From: an uncultured delta proteobacterium
Lineage (GTDB): Bacteria; Desulfobacterota; Desulfuromonadia; Desulfuromonadales; BM103
Assembly: GCA_963715335.1 (NCBI GenBank)
Contig: CAVQRZ010000012.1
Location: forward strand, 9,983 to 73,982
DNA length: 64,000 nucleotides
Direction: 5' to 3'
A program made the position numbers and the translations under genes. Each line of letters opens with the position of its first letter. Position 1 is the stretch's first letter. Below, piece after piece: positions 29,261 through 39,965 of the stretch. The notes beneath the pieces are model-generated. The model did not search any database and was not told the origin of the DNA. It saw only the letters and a list, made by a program, of their open reading frames with translations.

Positions 29261-30238
29261 ATGATGAGTAAAGCCCTGGGGCTCCTCTCCGGAGGACTTG
29301 ACAGCAGTCTGGCAGCCTTGTGCCTGAAACGCCAGGGGATCGAGGTCACCGGGGTTGCCTTCGTCACGCCGTTCTTCAGCAGCAGCAAGGCTGAACAGGC
29401 GTCCCGCATGATGGAGATCCCGTTGATCATCAAGAACATCAGCGATGTCCACCTGGACATGGTGAAAAGCCCGCATTACGGCTACGGCAAAAACATGAAC
29501 CCCTGCATCGACTGCCACGCCATGATGTTTCGCCTGGCCGGCGAAATCATGGTTGAACGCGGCTTCGACTTTCTCTTCTCCGGCGAGGTCCTCGGCCAGC
29601 GCCCGATGAGCCAGAACGCCAACGCACTCCGCTCGGTTGCCAACTACTCGGGCCACCCGGAGCGGATTCTCAGACCACTCAGCGCCAAAATCCTGCCGGT
29701 CACACCCATGGAAGAGAAAGGTCTGGTCGACCGCGAACAACTGCTCGATATCCAGGGCCGCTCCCGGAAACGCCAGGAAGCCTTGGCAAAGGAATGGCAA
29801 CTGACTGATTTTCCTTCCTCGGGAGGGGGCTGCCTACTGACTGAAATTCACTTCTCCGACCGCTTGCGTGATCTTTTCGACCACCAACCGGAATGTACGG
29901 TCAACGACGTTGAACTGCTCAAGGTTGGCCGGCAGTTCCGACTCTCGGAACGTGCCAAGCTGACCCTCGGCAGGCACCAGAGTGACAACGAGGCGATCCG
30001 GACTGTCGCAAATGAGAGCCATATACTGTTGCGCACCCTCGGCGTCACGGGCCCCCTCGGTCTGGTTTCCGGACTTCCGGAAGAAGAAGACCTGCGGACC
30101 GCCGGAGCTATTGTCGCCTCTTACAGCAAAGGCAAAGATCAGCCTGAGATTGAGGTCCTGGTAGAAACGCCGGGAGACGAACGGCGCTTCAGCGTGACCC
30201 CGATGGCAAGAGAAAAGTCACAAAAGTTGATTGTCTGA
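29261..30238 (+). CDS. ThiI/MnmA-like tRNA thiolation PP-loop protein
   Basis: SGGLDS, NPCIDCH, GEVLGQRPMSQ, LRPLSAK, GGCLLT. Confidence 0.82.
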   Translation: MMSKALGLLSGGLDSSLAALCLKRQGIEVTGVAFVTPFFSSSKAEQASRMMEIPLIIKNISDVHLDMVKSPHYGYGKNMNPCIDCHAMMFRLAGEIMVERGFDFLFSGEVLGQRPMSQNANALRSVANYSGHPERILRPLSAKILPVTPMEEKGLVDREQLLDIQGRSRKRQEALAKEWQLTDFPSSGGGCLLTEIHFSDRLRDLFDHQPECTVNDVELLKVGRQFRLSERAKLTLGRHQSDNEAIRTVANESHILLRTLGVTGPLGLVSGLPEEEDLRTAGAIVASYSKGKDQPEIEVLVETPGDERRFSVTPMAREKSQKLIV

Positions 30239-30372
30239 TTTTATGAGGGATGAGTGTCCTGCCTTTGCAATAGAATTGTGGAGGTTCTCTCTAACGAACC
30301 TAATTGAACAACAAGATAAACCGGCGGGATGAAATCCACCGATTTTGTTTCCAACCCTGATGTATAATCAAT

Positions 30373-30405
30373 AAAAAAGCCCCCCGGAAAACCGGGGGGC
30401 TTTTT
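30373..30405. terminator. Bidirectional terminator downstream of groEL
   Basis: AAAAAAGCCCCCCGG-AAAA-CCGGGGGGCTTTTT. Confidence 0.85.
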
Positions 30406-30429
30406 GCATCAGGATCAGGCGATCGGACG

Positions 30430-32109
<1,680 letters not shown>

Positions 32110-32122
32110 TCAGGGTAATGAT

Positions 32123-32410
32123 TTATTCGACAACGCCGAGGACGTCGTCCTCACGCATCATCAGGTATTCCTTGCCATCGAGCTTGACGTCGGTGCCGGC
32201 ATACTTGCCGAACAGCACCTTATCGCCAGCCTTGACATCCAGTGGCAAAACCTTGCCATCTTCGGTTACCTTGCCCTTGCCAACGGCAACGACTTTTCCT
32301 TGCTGTGGCTTCTCCTTAGCGGAATCGGGAATGATGATACCGGCAGCGGTTGTTGTCTCCTCTTCGAGGCGCTCAACAATGATCCGGTCGTGCAGGGGTC
32401 TGATGTTCAT
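32123..32410 (-). CDS. groES: Co-chaperonin GroES
   Basis: [11 protein letters not shown]...[13 protein letters not shown]...[17 protein letters not shown] before ATG 32410. Confidence 0.98.
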   Translation of the reverse strand: MNIRPLHDRIIVERLEEETTTAAGIIIPDSAKEKPQQGKVVAVGKGKVTEDGKVLPLDVKAGDKVLFGKYAGTDVKLDGKEYLMMREDDVLGVVE

Positions 32411-32487
32411 AACTGTGTTCTCCTTTCCTGACAATATTGAATTTAAAGTTTCTCGTTTTCGCTGAGATAACTTGCGAGGCTGACTTG

Positions 32488-32514
32488 TTAGCACTCTAAG
32501 CTTGCGAGTGCTAA
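32488..32514. promoter_or_regulatory. CIRCE element (HrcA operator)
   Basis: Perfect TTAGCACTC-N9-GAGTGCTAA upstream of groES; minus-strand TTGACA at 32553-32548. Confidence 0.97.
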
Positions 32515-32733
32515 AAGCAGGCATAAATATAATCAGCCTCTCGGGATTGTCAAGGGATTTCCAGAAAAAAAATCAGAATATAACGGGAGCGTCCGTGGGT
32601 AGGGAGGAAAGTCGAAGACCAGTGGTCAAAACGTGACATTTGCCGCTCCGCAGAGCCCCGACAGGCTCTGCGGCAAACGTTGTCGAGAGACTCGGCTAGC
32701 TTGATGCATTGCGTTGCGGGCCCCTGTCCGGCA

Positions 32734-33690
32734 TCAGGCAACCAAAGCGCCTCCGCATGAGGAGCCGCAACCAGCCGTACAGCCAAAACAGTGCTCTCCC
32801 GTGACTATAGCCCGGCTCTCCAGGTCGGCGGGGTCAAGCTCGTCGATGTGGCGTGGCAGGCCGCCGGCAAGCGACAGGCCGAGGACGCTGTTGAAGTCAC
32901 AATCGGCAAGGGTCCCGTCCCAGGCGATACAAATCTGGTGACGGCACATCAAGCCGTCTATGGTTGACCGGTTAAAACTGTCTTTGAGAAGGTGCTCGTA
33001 AACCTCGGCCTGGCCATCCCGCTTCAGGTCGCTGAGGAAACGCCCCATCGGCATATTGGTAATTGTCAGCAGGCGGGAAAATTCGACCTCGAACCGCTCT
33101 TTGAGCTCCCGCCGGTAAGCCTCCTCCAGCGTTGACTGGTCGGGGGGCAGAAAAGCCCCGCCGGGATTGTAAACCAGGCTCAGTGGCAACCTTTCCTGAC
33201 GACCGTAGCCGAGAGTATTCAGCCGGCGCAAGGCCGCAACGCTGCGCTTGTACACCCCGCTACCGCGCTGTTTGTCGACGTTGTCGTCCAGATAGCATGG
33301 AAGGGACGCAACCAGATGGACGCCCCGGTCCGCCAGGAACTCCGGGGTATCGCCCTGCCCGGCTTCGAAAAAGACCGTCAGGTTGGTCCGGACCTGCACC
33401 TGGTGTCCCTGGCCTAGCAGGGCATCGATCAGAGCCCTGAAATGGGGGTTGAGTTCAGGAGCGCCACCGGTCAGGTCAACCCTGGCTTCTGGCAGGTTTT
33501 TGGCCAGTCGCAGGACACTCTGCACGGTTTCCCAGGTCATATTTTCGGTACGCAGTGGAGAGGCCTCCACATGGCAGTGTCGACAGCTCAGATTGCACAA
33601 CAGGCCAAGATTGACCTGGATGGTCTGGACCGCGGCACTCTCAAGGCCAGCGCCGAGCACATCGCGCACGGCCTGATCAAAATTATTCAT
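32734..33690 (-). CDS. Radical SAM protein, ArsS/DUF3641 family
   Basis: IQVNLGLLCNLSCRHCHVEASP, DLTGGAPE, ASLPCY, LMCR, DCDFN, C-terminal HCFGCTAGCGSSCGGAL. Confidence 0.88.
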   Translation of the reverse strand: MNNFDQAVRDVLGAGLESAAVQTIQVNLGLLCNLSCRHCHVEASPLRTENMTWETVQSVLRLAKNLPEARVDLTGGAPELNPHFRALIDALLGQGHQVQVRTNLTVFFEAGQGDTPEFLADRGVHLVASLPCYLDDNVDKQRGSGVYKRSVAALRRLNTLGYGRQERLPLSLVYNPGGAFLPPDQSTLEEAYRRELKERFEVEFSRLLTITNMPMGRFLSDLKRDGQAEVYEHLLKDSFNRSTIDGLMCRHQICIAWDGTLADCDFNSVLGLSLAGGLPRHIDELDPADLESRAIVTGEHCFGCTAGCGSSCGGALVA

Positions 33691-34004
33691 ATAAGCTCCA
33701 GCAGAAATTACTATAGACAAGATCAATATAATCCATTTGCACCCCGCAGGTAAATCTCCAGCAGCCGGCAAGATCGCCTTACCCTGGGAGACAGAAGAGA
33801 ACAGCCGTTCAGCTGTGCTGATGGTCTGGACTCTATTGGATACTGAACACTGGATTCACGGCATCATCAATCTGACAACGACCAACAGACTCCACGGCAA
33901 ATGGCTGGGAGGCCAACCTTGGAGGGCTCAAACGGACAACGTCTGGCCGTAGCATTAACTACAGCCAGACATTCTCGGACCGAACATGATGACTGGAATC
34001 AAAT

Positions 34005-36098
34005 TCAGCTTCGCTTGACAAGAAGCTTTTCGCCGACGGCTGAATTCACGACCTCCTTGAGTGCGGCAACAATCCGTTGATCATAGGCCCCATCAGCTAA
34101 TTCAAGAATCGTCGTGATCTCGTCTACCGAACGGGCAGCGCGATAGGCCCGCGGCTCAGCCATGGCACAGAAGCTGTTGACGACCGCAAGGACGCGTGCC
34201 GGCAGAGAGATCTCATCACCCTGCAAGCCCTTCGGATAACCCCTGCCATCAAGGGTCTCATTCATCTGGCAGACAGCCTCGTAAACAGGCAGGCCAAAAT
34301 CTATACCCTGCAGGACCTTGGCGGCATGTTCGACGTGCTGCTCCATATTCGCCTTCTCTTCGGCAGTCAGAGGCTCTGCCTTGAAAAGCAGTTCACGGTC
34401 GACGAACAGCTTGCCGATCTGGGACAGGTTGGCGGCAGTCTCGACAGTGGTAACATCAATATCGCTGGCGTTCATGGCCTTGGCGACTTCGACACCAAGC
34501 CTGCCCATTAAACGCGAATGCCCGGCCAGGTAGGGATCGGTCAATTCAATGGCCCGCACCAGGGCTTCCAAAGATTTTGCTGTCGCCTGCTCCTGGCGTT
34601 TCTGCACTTCAATGATCTCGGTTACATCCCGGATGACCGAAACGATGCCGATGATCTTGCCATTCGCATCTTTCAGCCCCGACTTCGATATCTGCAAATG
34701 ATGCGGCTGTGATTGCAGGTAGACCAGCTCGTTCAGAGTGACCGTTTCCTTGCCAGTCAATAGCTGCTGATCCGAATGTTCCAGACGACGCGCTGTGTCG
34801 TAACCGAAGACAGCTTCACTGTCGAGCCCGATCATCTCCTCCGGTTCTCTGCCCACGGCTGCGGCAAAGGCTGGATTAACATAGAGGTAGTGGCCTTGCA
34901 GGTCTTTCAGCGCAATGTAATCGGAGATCGTGTTGTTGATCTGGTCAAGCAGCTGCCGCTGTTTTTCAACTTCCTGGGCCAGCGCTTCAAAATGCCTTGC
35001 GCTCTTGCGTTCCTGGGAACTGACCAGCAATGCCCAGAATGCTCCAAAGGCAACTCCGAACACGACCACCAGCAAGGTTGCGATGCTCATCATGGCTCTT
35101 TGCTGGCTGCGCAGATTCTCACGGGCGATGTCGTAATCCGACTCGACGACGACCCACCATCTTGGCCCCTCCGCCCGGCGTCCCAGCGAATAGACCTGCC
35201 GGTCATTGTTGAAGGCAGTCCTGACCGCAAAGGGGAGGTGGTCTTTCTGGTCGAGATCCAGAGGTTGCCTGATGTCCCGCAATTGCTCCGGTAGCCACGC
35301 GACGACTTCCTGGTAACCATCAGCGGTTTTTTGCAGCAGGCGCGTCTGCTCACCCTTCTCCATGAGGCGGTTGCTGCCAATAGCCTTTAAATGCTCGCCG
35401 GTGATCCTGGTCAGGAGCAGTACCGCCACCGGGGTATGCTCCAGACCGCTTGCTTCAGGAGGAAAAATCGGCAGGTAGGCTTCCAGGACCAATCCCTGCT
35501 CGGAAGGCCGTAACGGCCCAAACTGCGGCTTTTGAGATTGCAGGACCTGTCTGACCATCTCCAACTGATCGCTCCGCATGGGCGTTGTCGCCGCATCAGT
35601 CGAGATAAAGACCGTGCCGTTCTGATTGACAACCCGGGCATCCCGGTAGTCGGAGATGCGGGTGAATTCAATCAGCAGGCTCTGCATCATCGGCAACTGG
35701 GCCGAGAGCTGGGCTATTTCATCCCTGACCTCCCCCTGCCCTGGCAGGGGGCCTGACACCAGCAGGGAGACATCGTCCTGGATCAGGTGGACTTCCGCCG
35801 CATAGAGTTTGTAGAGCTCCGAATTGATCACCCGGTTGGCCTGTTCGATGGCTGTTTCAAACAGTGCATCGATTACCTGCACCTGGGAAGCCGCCATGAC
35901 TTCAAGCCGCTTCTGCATATTGGCTTCGAACTCCTGTGCCTTGCTTTTAAGCCCCCAGGCAACCCAGACGACAGCGGCAACCGCGACCAAGGCAATGCTG
36001 GCGAGACCGACCCAGAACGCCTTTTTGCCCGTCTCGTAGTGGAGCCCTGGAATCTTTGCAGAATCAAAAATCGTCAGTTTCTTCTTGTTGGCCAGCAT
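34005..36098 (-). CDS. Membrane sensor with PAS and degenerate HD-GYP domain
   Basis: Two TM segments around an extracytoplasmic domain, PAS (KDLQGHYLYVNPAF), DPYLAGHS...SQIGK...NETLDGRGYPKGL. Confidence 0.85.
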   Translation of the reverse strand: MLANKKKLTIFDSAKIPGLHYETGKKAFWVGLASIALVAVAAVVWVAWGLKSKAQEFEANMQKRLEVMAASQVQVIDALFETAIEQANRVINSELYKLYAAEVHLIQDDVSLLVSGPLPGQGEVRDEIAQLSAQLPMMQSLLIEFTRISDYRDARVVNQNGTVFISTDAATTPMRSDQLEMVRQVLQSQKPQFGPLRPSEQGLVLEAYLPIFPPEASGLEHTPVAVLLLTRITGEHLKAIGSNRLMEKGEQTRLLQKTADGYQEVVAWLPEQLRDIRQPLDLDQKDHLPFAVRTAFNNDRQVYSLGRRAEGPRWWVVVESDYDIARENLRSQQRAMMSIATLLVVVFGVAFGAFWALLVSSQERKSARHFEALAQEVEKQRQLLDQINNTISDYIALKDLQGHYLYVNPAFAAAVGREPEEMIGLDSEAVFGYDTARRLEHSDQQLLTGKETVTLNELVYLQSQPHHLQISKSGLKDANGKIIGIVSVIRDVTEIIEVQKRQEQATAKSLEALVRAIELTDPYLAGHSRLMGRLGVEVAKAMNASDIDVTTVETAANLSQIGKLFVDRELLFKAEPLTAEEKANMEQHVEHAAKVLQGIDFGLPVYEAVCQMNETLDGRGYPKGLQGDEISLPARVLAVVNSFCAMAEPRAYRAARSVDEITTILELADGAYDQRIVAALKEVVNSAVGEKLLVKRS

Positions 36099-36168
36099 GG
36101 CTCTGCCTCTCATTTACCAGACTATCTTATTTTGTCTTTATCGTGCCACGCGCCTCGCACCTCTGCTC

Positions 36169-37608
36169 CTAGTACTTAACCTCCACCCGGTAGCTCAGCA
36201 AGCTTTCCCCCTTGGCGGGCACCTTGATCTGCCAGAGCGCCATATCAGCCGCGGCCTTTACGTGCTTGTGACTTTCCTGCTGCATCTCCCAGTCGCCCGG
36301 CACCGGCTCGGCGACGGTCACTGTCACCTCCTCGTCCTTGGCGTTCTTCAGCCTGATCTCGTAGGCGCTTTCGAAGCGGTAGTTGTAGCGGGAATCGCCG
36401 CCCAGCTTGCGGAAATCGGTCTGCTTGCGGTCGGCGGTGACGTCGAAGGCGTCGCCGAGCTTCAGGCGTACCGTTTCGTTCTCCGGGGTGTGGTCAATAC
36501 GGTCTTCGCCGACAAACTGCGGGCGCCCCTGCTGGTCTTGCTTGTAGACCCGCACCACCCCTTTCGGCAAGGGCAGACCGAGGTTGTCCTGCTTGCGGTT
36601 GTCGAACTCGACGAACACCCCGACCTTGAGCTTCTGGCCCAGGTCGGCCTGCCGCCCCTGGTAATAATAGGGGCTGCCCTGCAGGCGGAATTCCTTGCTG
36701 ACGGTGACGCCGGAGGCGTTGAGCAAAGCGACCTGTTTGGTCTGGTTATCCCTGATGGTGGTCGGCCGCGGCAGGGTATAGAGGTGATACTCGAAGAGAC
36801 TCTCTTCACTCATCTGCGGCGCACCCTCCTTGACCATGGCAGAAGCCATCACCACATCCGCGCGGAAGCGCATCTCCTCGCGCACCCGATTGACATCGCC
36901 GGCCACCAGCTGCAGCAGGGCGTTGCGATAGGTTGCGCCGCTCCGGTTGGTCAGGGTGACCCAGCCGGAGAGGTCAAGGGCCGTATCCTCCGGGTTGAGT
37001 TCGGCGACGTAATCAGCGCGCCAGCCAAGCCCGCCGGTCAGGTAGCTGAGCTCCGTGGTCTGCGACCCACCCTTGGCATTTTCGAGGGAGACGACCAGGG
37101 TCGGACGGTCACGCAGGTTGTTCGGCACATCGGGGAACACCAGGCGGCCCGGCACGCCGGTCTCGATCCGGTCGCCAATCTGCAGTACGACCCCGTCATT
37201 GGCGGCGAGGACACGGGCGGTTTCAAACCGGTCCTCGCCGGTCTCCGGGTGGCTACGCACCAGCTGCACATCCCTGCCGACGTACTTTTCCAGCAGCTTG
37301 CGCGGGGTCAACAGATCGAAATCGAAGTTCTGTTCGAGGATCGTCAATCCACCGGCTTGGGTCAGGCTGCGCAACAGCGCCGTCTCCGGACGAATCCCGG
37401 CACTCACCTCGCGCAGCGCAAGATCAACGCTGCCCGCCGGCAGAGTTACCTGGCGCTGGTCACGCACCAGCGCCAGGTCCTCGTTGTAAATGGTCACCGC
37501 CACTTCCTGTTGATCGTCCAGCGTGCTGACAATTTCAGCTGCCCCGCAAGTTACTGCAATAAACAACAAGACCGTAACGGCGAAAAATACGATTCGTTTA
37601 TTTGTCAT
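36169..37608 (-). CDS. DUF4139-domain exported protein
   Basis: VAVTIYNEDLALVRD, EQNFDFDLL, LSYLTGGLGWRADY, EYHLY, GLPLPKG, LGDAFDV. Confidence 0.85.
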   Translation of the reverse strand: MTNKRIVFFAVTVLLFIAVTCGAAEIVSTLDDQQEVAVTIYNEDLALVRDQRQVTLPAGSVDLALREVSAGIRPETALLRSLTQAGGLTILEQNFDFDLLTPRKLLEKYVGRDVQLVRSHPETGEDRFETARVLAANDGVVLQIGDRIETGVPGRLVFPDVPNNLRDRPTLVVSLENAKGGSQTTELSYLTGGLGWRADYVAELNPEDTALDLSGWVTLTNRSGATYRNALLQLVAGDVNRVREEMRFRADVVMASAMVKEGAPQMSEESLFEYHLYTLPRPTTIRDNQTKQVALLNASGVTVSKEFRLQGSPYYYQGRQADLGQKLKVGVFVEFDNRKQDNLGLPLPKGVVRVYKQDQQGRPQFVGEDRIDHTPENETVRLKLGDAFDVTADRKQTDFRKLGGDSRYNYRFESAYEIRLKNAKDEEVTVTVAEPVPGDWEMQQESHKHVKAAADMALWQIKVPAKGESLLSYRVEVKY

Positions 37609-37644
37609 GATATCCCCTCTTGAACACTCTGCTTTCTTTGTATA

Positions 37645-37725
37645 GCCACCAAGACACCAAGGCACTAAGATTATCTTTGAGCTGTGTATGGTTTTGTTCT
37701 CTTAGTGCCTTGGTGTCTCTGTGGC
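37645..37725. repeat. REP-like palindromic element with 26-bp arms
   Basis: GCCACCAAGACACCAAGGCACTAAGA ... TCTTAGTGCCTTGGTGTCTCTGTGGC. Confidence 0.75.
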
Positions 37726-37772
37726 AGAGTAATGATTAACAGATTTTAGAAGGATTGCCAGTGACCTGATGC

Positions 37773-39965
37773 TCAGGCAGGTTCCAGCCCGGCGAACTTG
37801 ACCAGCAGCTTCTTCGGCCCGAAGCGGTGGAAGTAGACCGTGACCTTCTGGTTGTCACCCTGCCCCTCAACGCGGCGCACGGTGCCGACACCGAACTTGA
37901 TGTGCCGCACCTGCAGGCCGATCCGCAAGCCTTCTTCGGCATCGGGGACCATCCTCACTTCGTCATCATCGAAAAACGGGTCTTCGTCGGAGAAGTCGGG
38001 CTCGGTCTGGTCAAAGAGTGAGGCCAGATTGTGGCTGGAGGACTTGCGCAGCCCGTCGGGCGTCTCCCGGCCGATCAGCCGAGCCGGGATTTCGCCGAGG
38101 AACCGGCTCGGCGGGTTGAACTTGAAATCACCGTAAATCCGGCGGCGCCGGGCGTTGGTCAGGTAGAGCTTCTCCATGGCGCGGGTCATGCCGACATAGC
38201 AGAGCCGCCGCTCTTCTTCCAGCTCTTCCTGCGCCCCGCCGGAGCGGCTGTGGGGGAAGATGTCTTCCTCCATCCCGGCCATGAAGACGATCGGGAACTC
38301 CAGCCCCTTGGCCGCATGCAGCGTCATCAGGGTCACCCGGTCGAGGCTCTGGTCGTAGGAGTCAAGATCGGTGATCAGTGCGACCTGCTCCAGGTAGTCC
38401 TGCAGGGTGCCCTCGCTGGCGAGGTGTTCCTCCATTCCCGCCAGCAGCTGTTGCAGGTTGTCCATGCGATTGCGGGCTTCTTCAGTCTTTTCAGCACGCA
38501 GTTGAGGGCCGTAGCCGGTCTCCTCGATCAGCTCCGCGGTCAACTGCGGATAAGACGTATCGACAGCACGCCGCATGAAAGATTCGATCAGCTCGACAAA
38601 CACCCTGACCTTGCCCGCCGCCGCGCCGCTTAAAGCCCCGCGCTCAAGCGCCATGCGACAGGCGGCAAGAAAACCGCCGGCGTCATTTTCAAAAGCGGCG
38701 ACCTTGTTGACGGTCACGGCACCGATCCCCCTTGGCGGGACGTTGATAACCCGCCGTGCCGAGACCGTGTCGGCCGGGTTGCTGATCAGCCGCAGGTACG
38801 CCAGGATGTCCTTGACCTCCATGCGCAGGTAAAACTTGAGCCCGCCGAACATCACATAGGGGATGCGCTCGTTGCGCAAGGCTTCTTCAAGCACCCGCGA
38901 TTGGGCGTTGGTCCGGTAGAACACCGCGATGTCACGCAGATGCCGGCCCTCCCGTTTCAGTCGCGCGATCTCGCCGGCCACGTAGCGGCCCTCCTCTAGA
39001 TCATCAGGCAGGACTTCCAGGGTGACCGGGTCACCGTCCGGGTTCTCGGTCCAGAGTTTTTTCACCTTGCGCCCGGCGTTATGGGCAACCACCGCTCCGG
39101 CAGCATCGAGGATGGTCTTGGTCGAACGGTAGTTCTGCTCCAGGCGGATCGTCTCACAGCCCGGATAGTCACGTTCAAAACCGAGGATGTTGCCGACTTC
39201 GGCGCCACGCCAGCGATAGATCGACTGATCGTCGTCGCCGACCACGCAGAGGTTGCCGTGCCCGGAGGCGAGCAGGTCAATCAGCCGGTACTGCACCTGG
39301 TTGGTATCCTGGAACTCGTCGACGAGGACATAGTGGAAGCGCTGGCGGTACTTTTCCAGGACAGCAGGATGCTCTTCTAGCAACCGCACGGTCTGCATCA
39401 GCAGGTCGCCGAAGTCAAGCGCATTGGCCTGTTTCAATCGTTCCTGGTAGAGGGCGTAGATACGGGTAACCTGTTCGGCCTGGGAATCATTGTCTTCGAG
39501 CTGCTCCGGCCAAAGCCCCTTGTTCTTGGCCCGGTCGATCGCCGCGGCCACGGCCCGCGGCTTCAGCTGTTTTTCGTCGATCCCGAGCTCCTGCAGCAGC
39601 ACCTTGAGCAGGCGTTCCTGGTCCTGGTCGTCGTAGATGGTGAAGTTGCGGTTAAAGCCCAAGGCCCCGATTTCCTGGCGCAGGATCCGGACACAGGCCG
39701 AGTGGAAGGTACTGACCCAGAGCCCCTGGCTGTCGCCAAGGATTTCTTCCAGGCGTTCCTTCATTTCGCCGGCAGCCTTGTTGGTAAAGGTAACGGCGAG
39801 GATCTGCCAGGGGTCAACCTTGTACTGCTGGATCAGCCAGGCGATCCGGTGGGTCAGGGCACGGGTCTTGCCGGAGCCGGCGCCGGCCAACAGGAGCAGC
39901 GGGCCGGTATCGTGTTTGACTGCCAGTTGCTGCATCGGGTTGAGTTTGGCCAACAGGTCTGTCAA
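37773..39965 (-). CDS. pcrA: PcrA/UvrD DNA helicase
   Basis: AGAGSGKT, TFTNKAA, VDEFQDTN, VGDDDQSIYRWRGA, LEQNYRST, HAAKGLEF, EERRLCYVGMTRA, C-terminal HIKFG. Confidence 0.96.
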   Translation of the reverse strand: MTDLLAKLNPMQQLAVKHDTGPLLLLAGAGSGKTRALTHRIAWLIQQYKVDPWQILAVTFTNKAAGEMKERLEEILGDSQGLWVSTFHSACVRILRQEIGALGFNRNFTIYDDQDQERLLKVLLQELGIDEKQLKPRAVAAAIDRAKNKGLWPEQLEDNDSQAEQVTRIYALYQERLKQANALDFGDLLMQTVRLLEEHPAVLEKYRQRFHYVLVDEFQDTNQVQYRLIDLLASGHGNLCVVGDDDQSIYRWRGAEVGNILGFERDYPGCETIRLEQNYRSTKTILDAAGAVVAHNAGRKVKKLWTENPDGDPVTLEVLPDDLEEGRYVAGEIARLKREGRHLRDIAVFYRTNAQSRVLEEALRNERIPYVMFGGLKFYLRMEVKDILAYLRLISNPADTVSARRVINVPPRGIGAVTVNKVAAFENDAGGFLAACRMALERGALSGAAAGKVRVFVELIESFMRRAVDTSYPQLTAELIEETGYGPQLRAEKTEEARNRMDNLQQLLAGMEEHLASEGTLQDYLEQVALITDLDSYDQSLDRVTLMTLHAAKGLEFPIVFMAGMEEDIFPHSRSGGAQEELEEERRLCYVGMTRAMEKLYLTNARRRRIYGDFKFNPPSRFLGEIPARLIGRETPDGLRKSSSHNLASLFDQTEPDFSDEDPFFDDDEVRMVPDAEEGLRIGLQVRHIKFGVGTVRRVEGQGDNQKVTVYFHRFGPKKLLVKFAGLEPA

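Noticed and set aside
32411..32524. N-terminal extension of GroES in the ORF track
   Set aside because: Spans the CIRCE and leader; true start at 32410 has an RBS
36085..37623. 512-aa plus-strand ORF, and similar long antisense ORFs (e.g. 61224-62444, 58007-59044, 15144-16010, 4024-4776)
   Set aside because: Shadows of well-supported opposite-strand genes; no recognisable motifs
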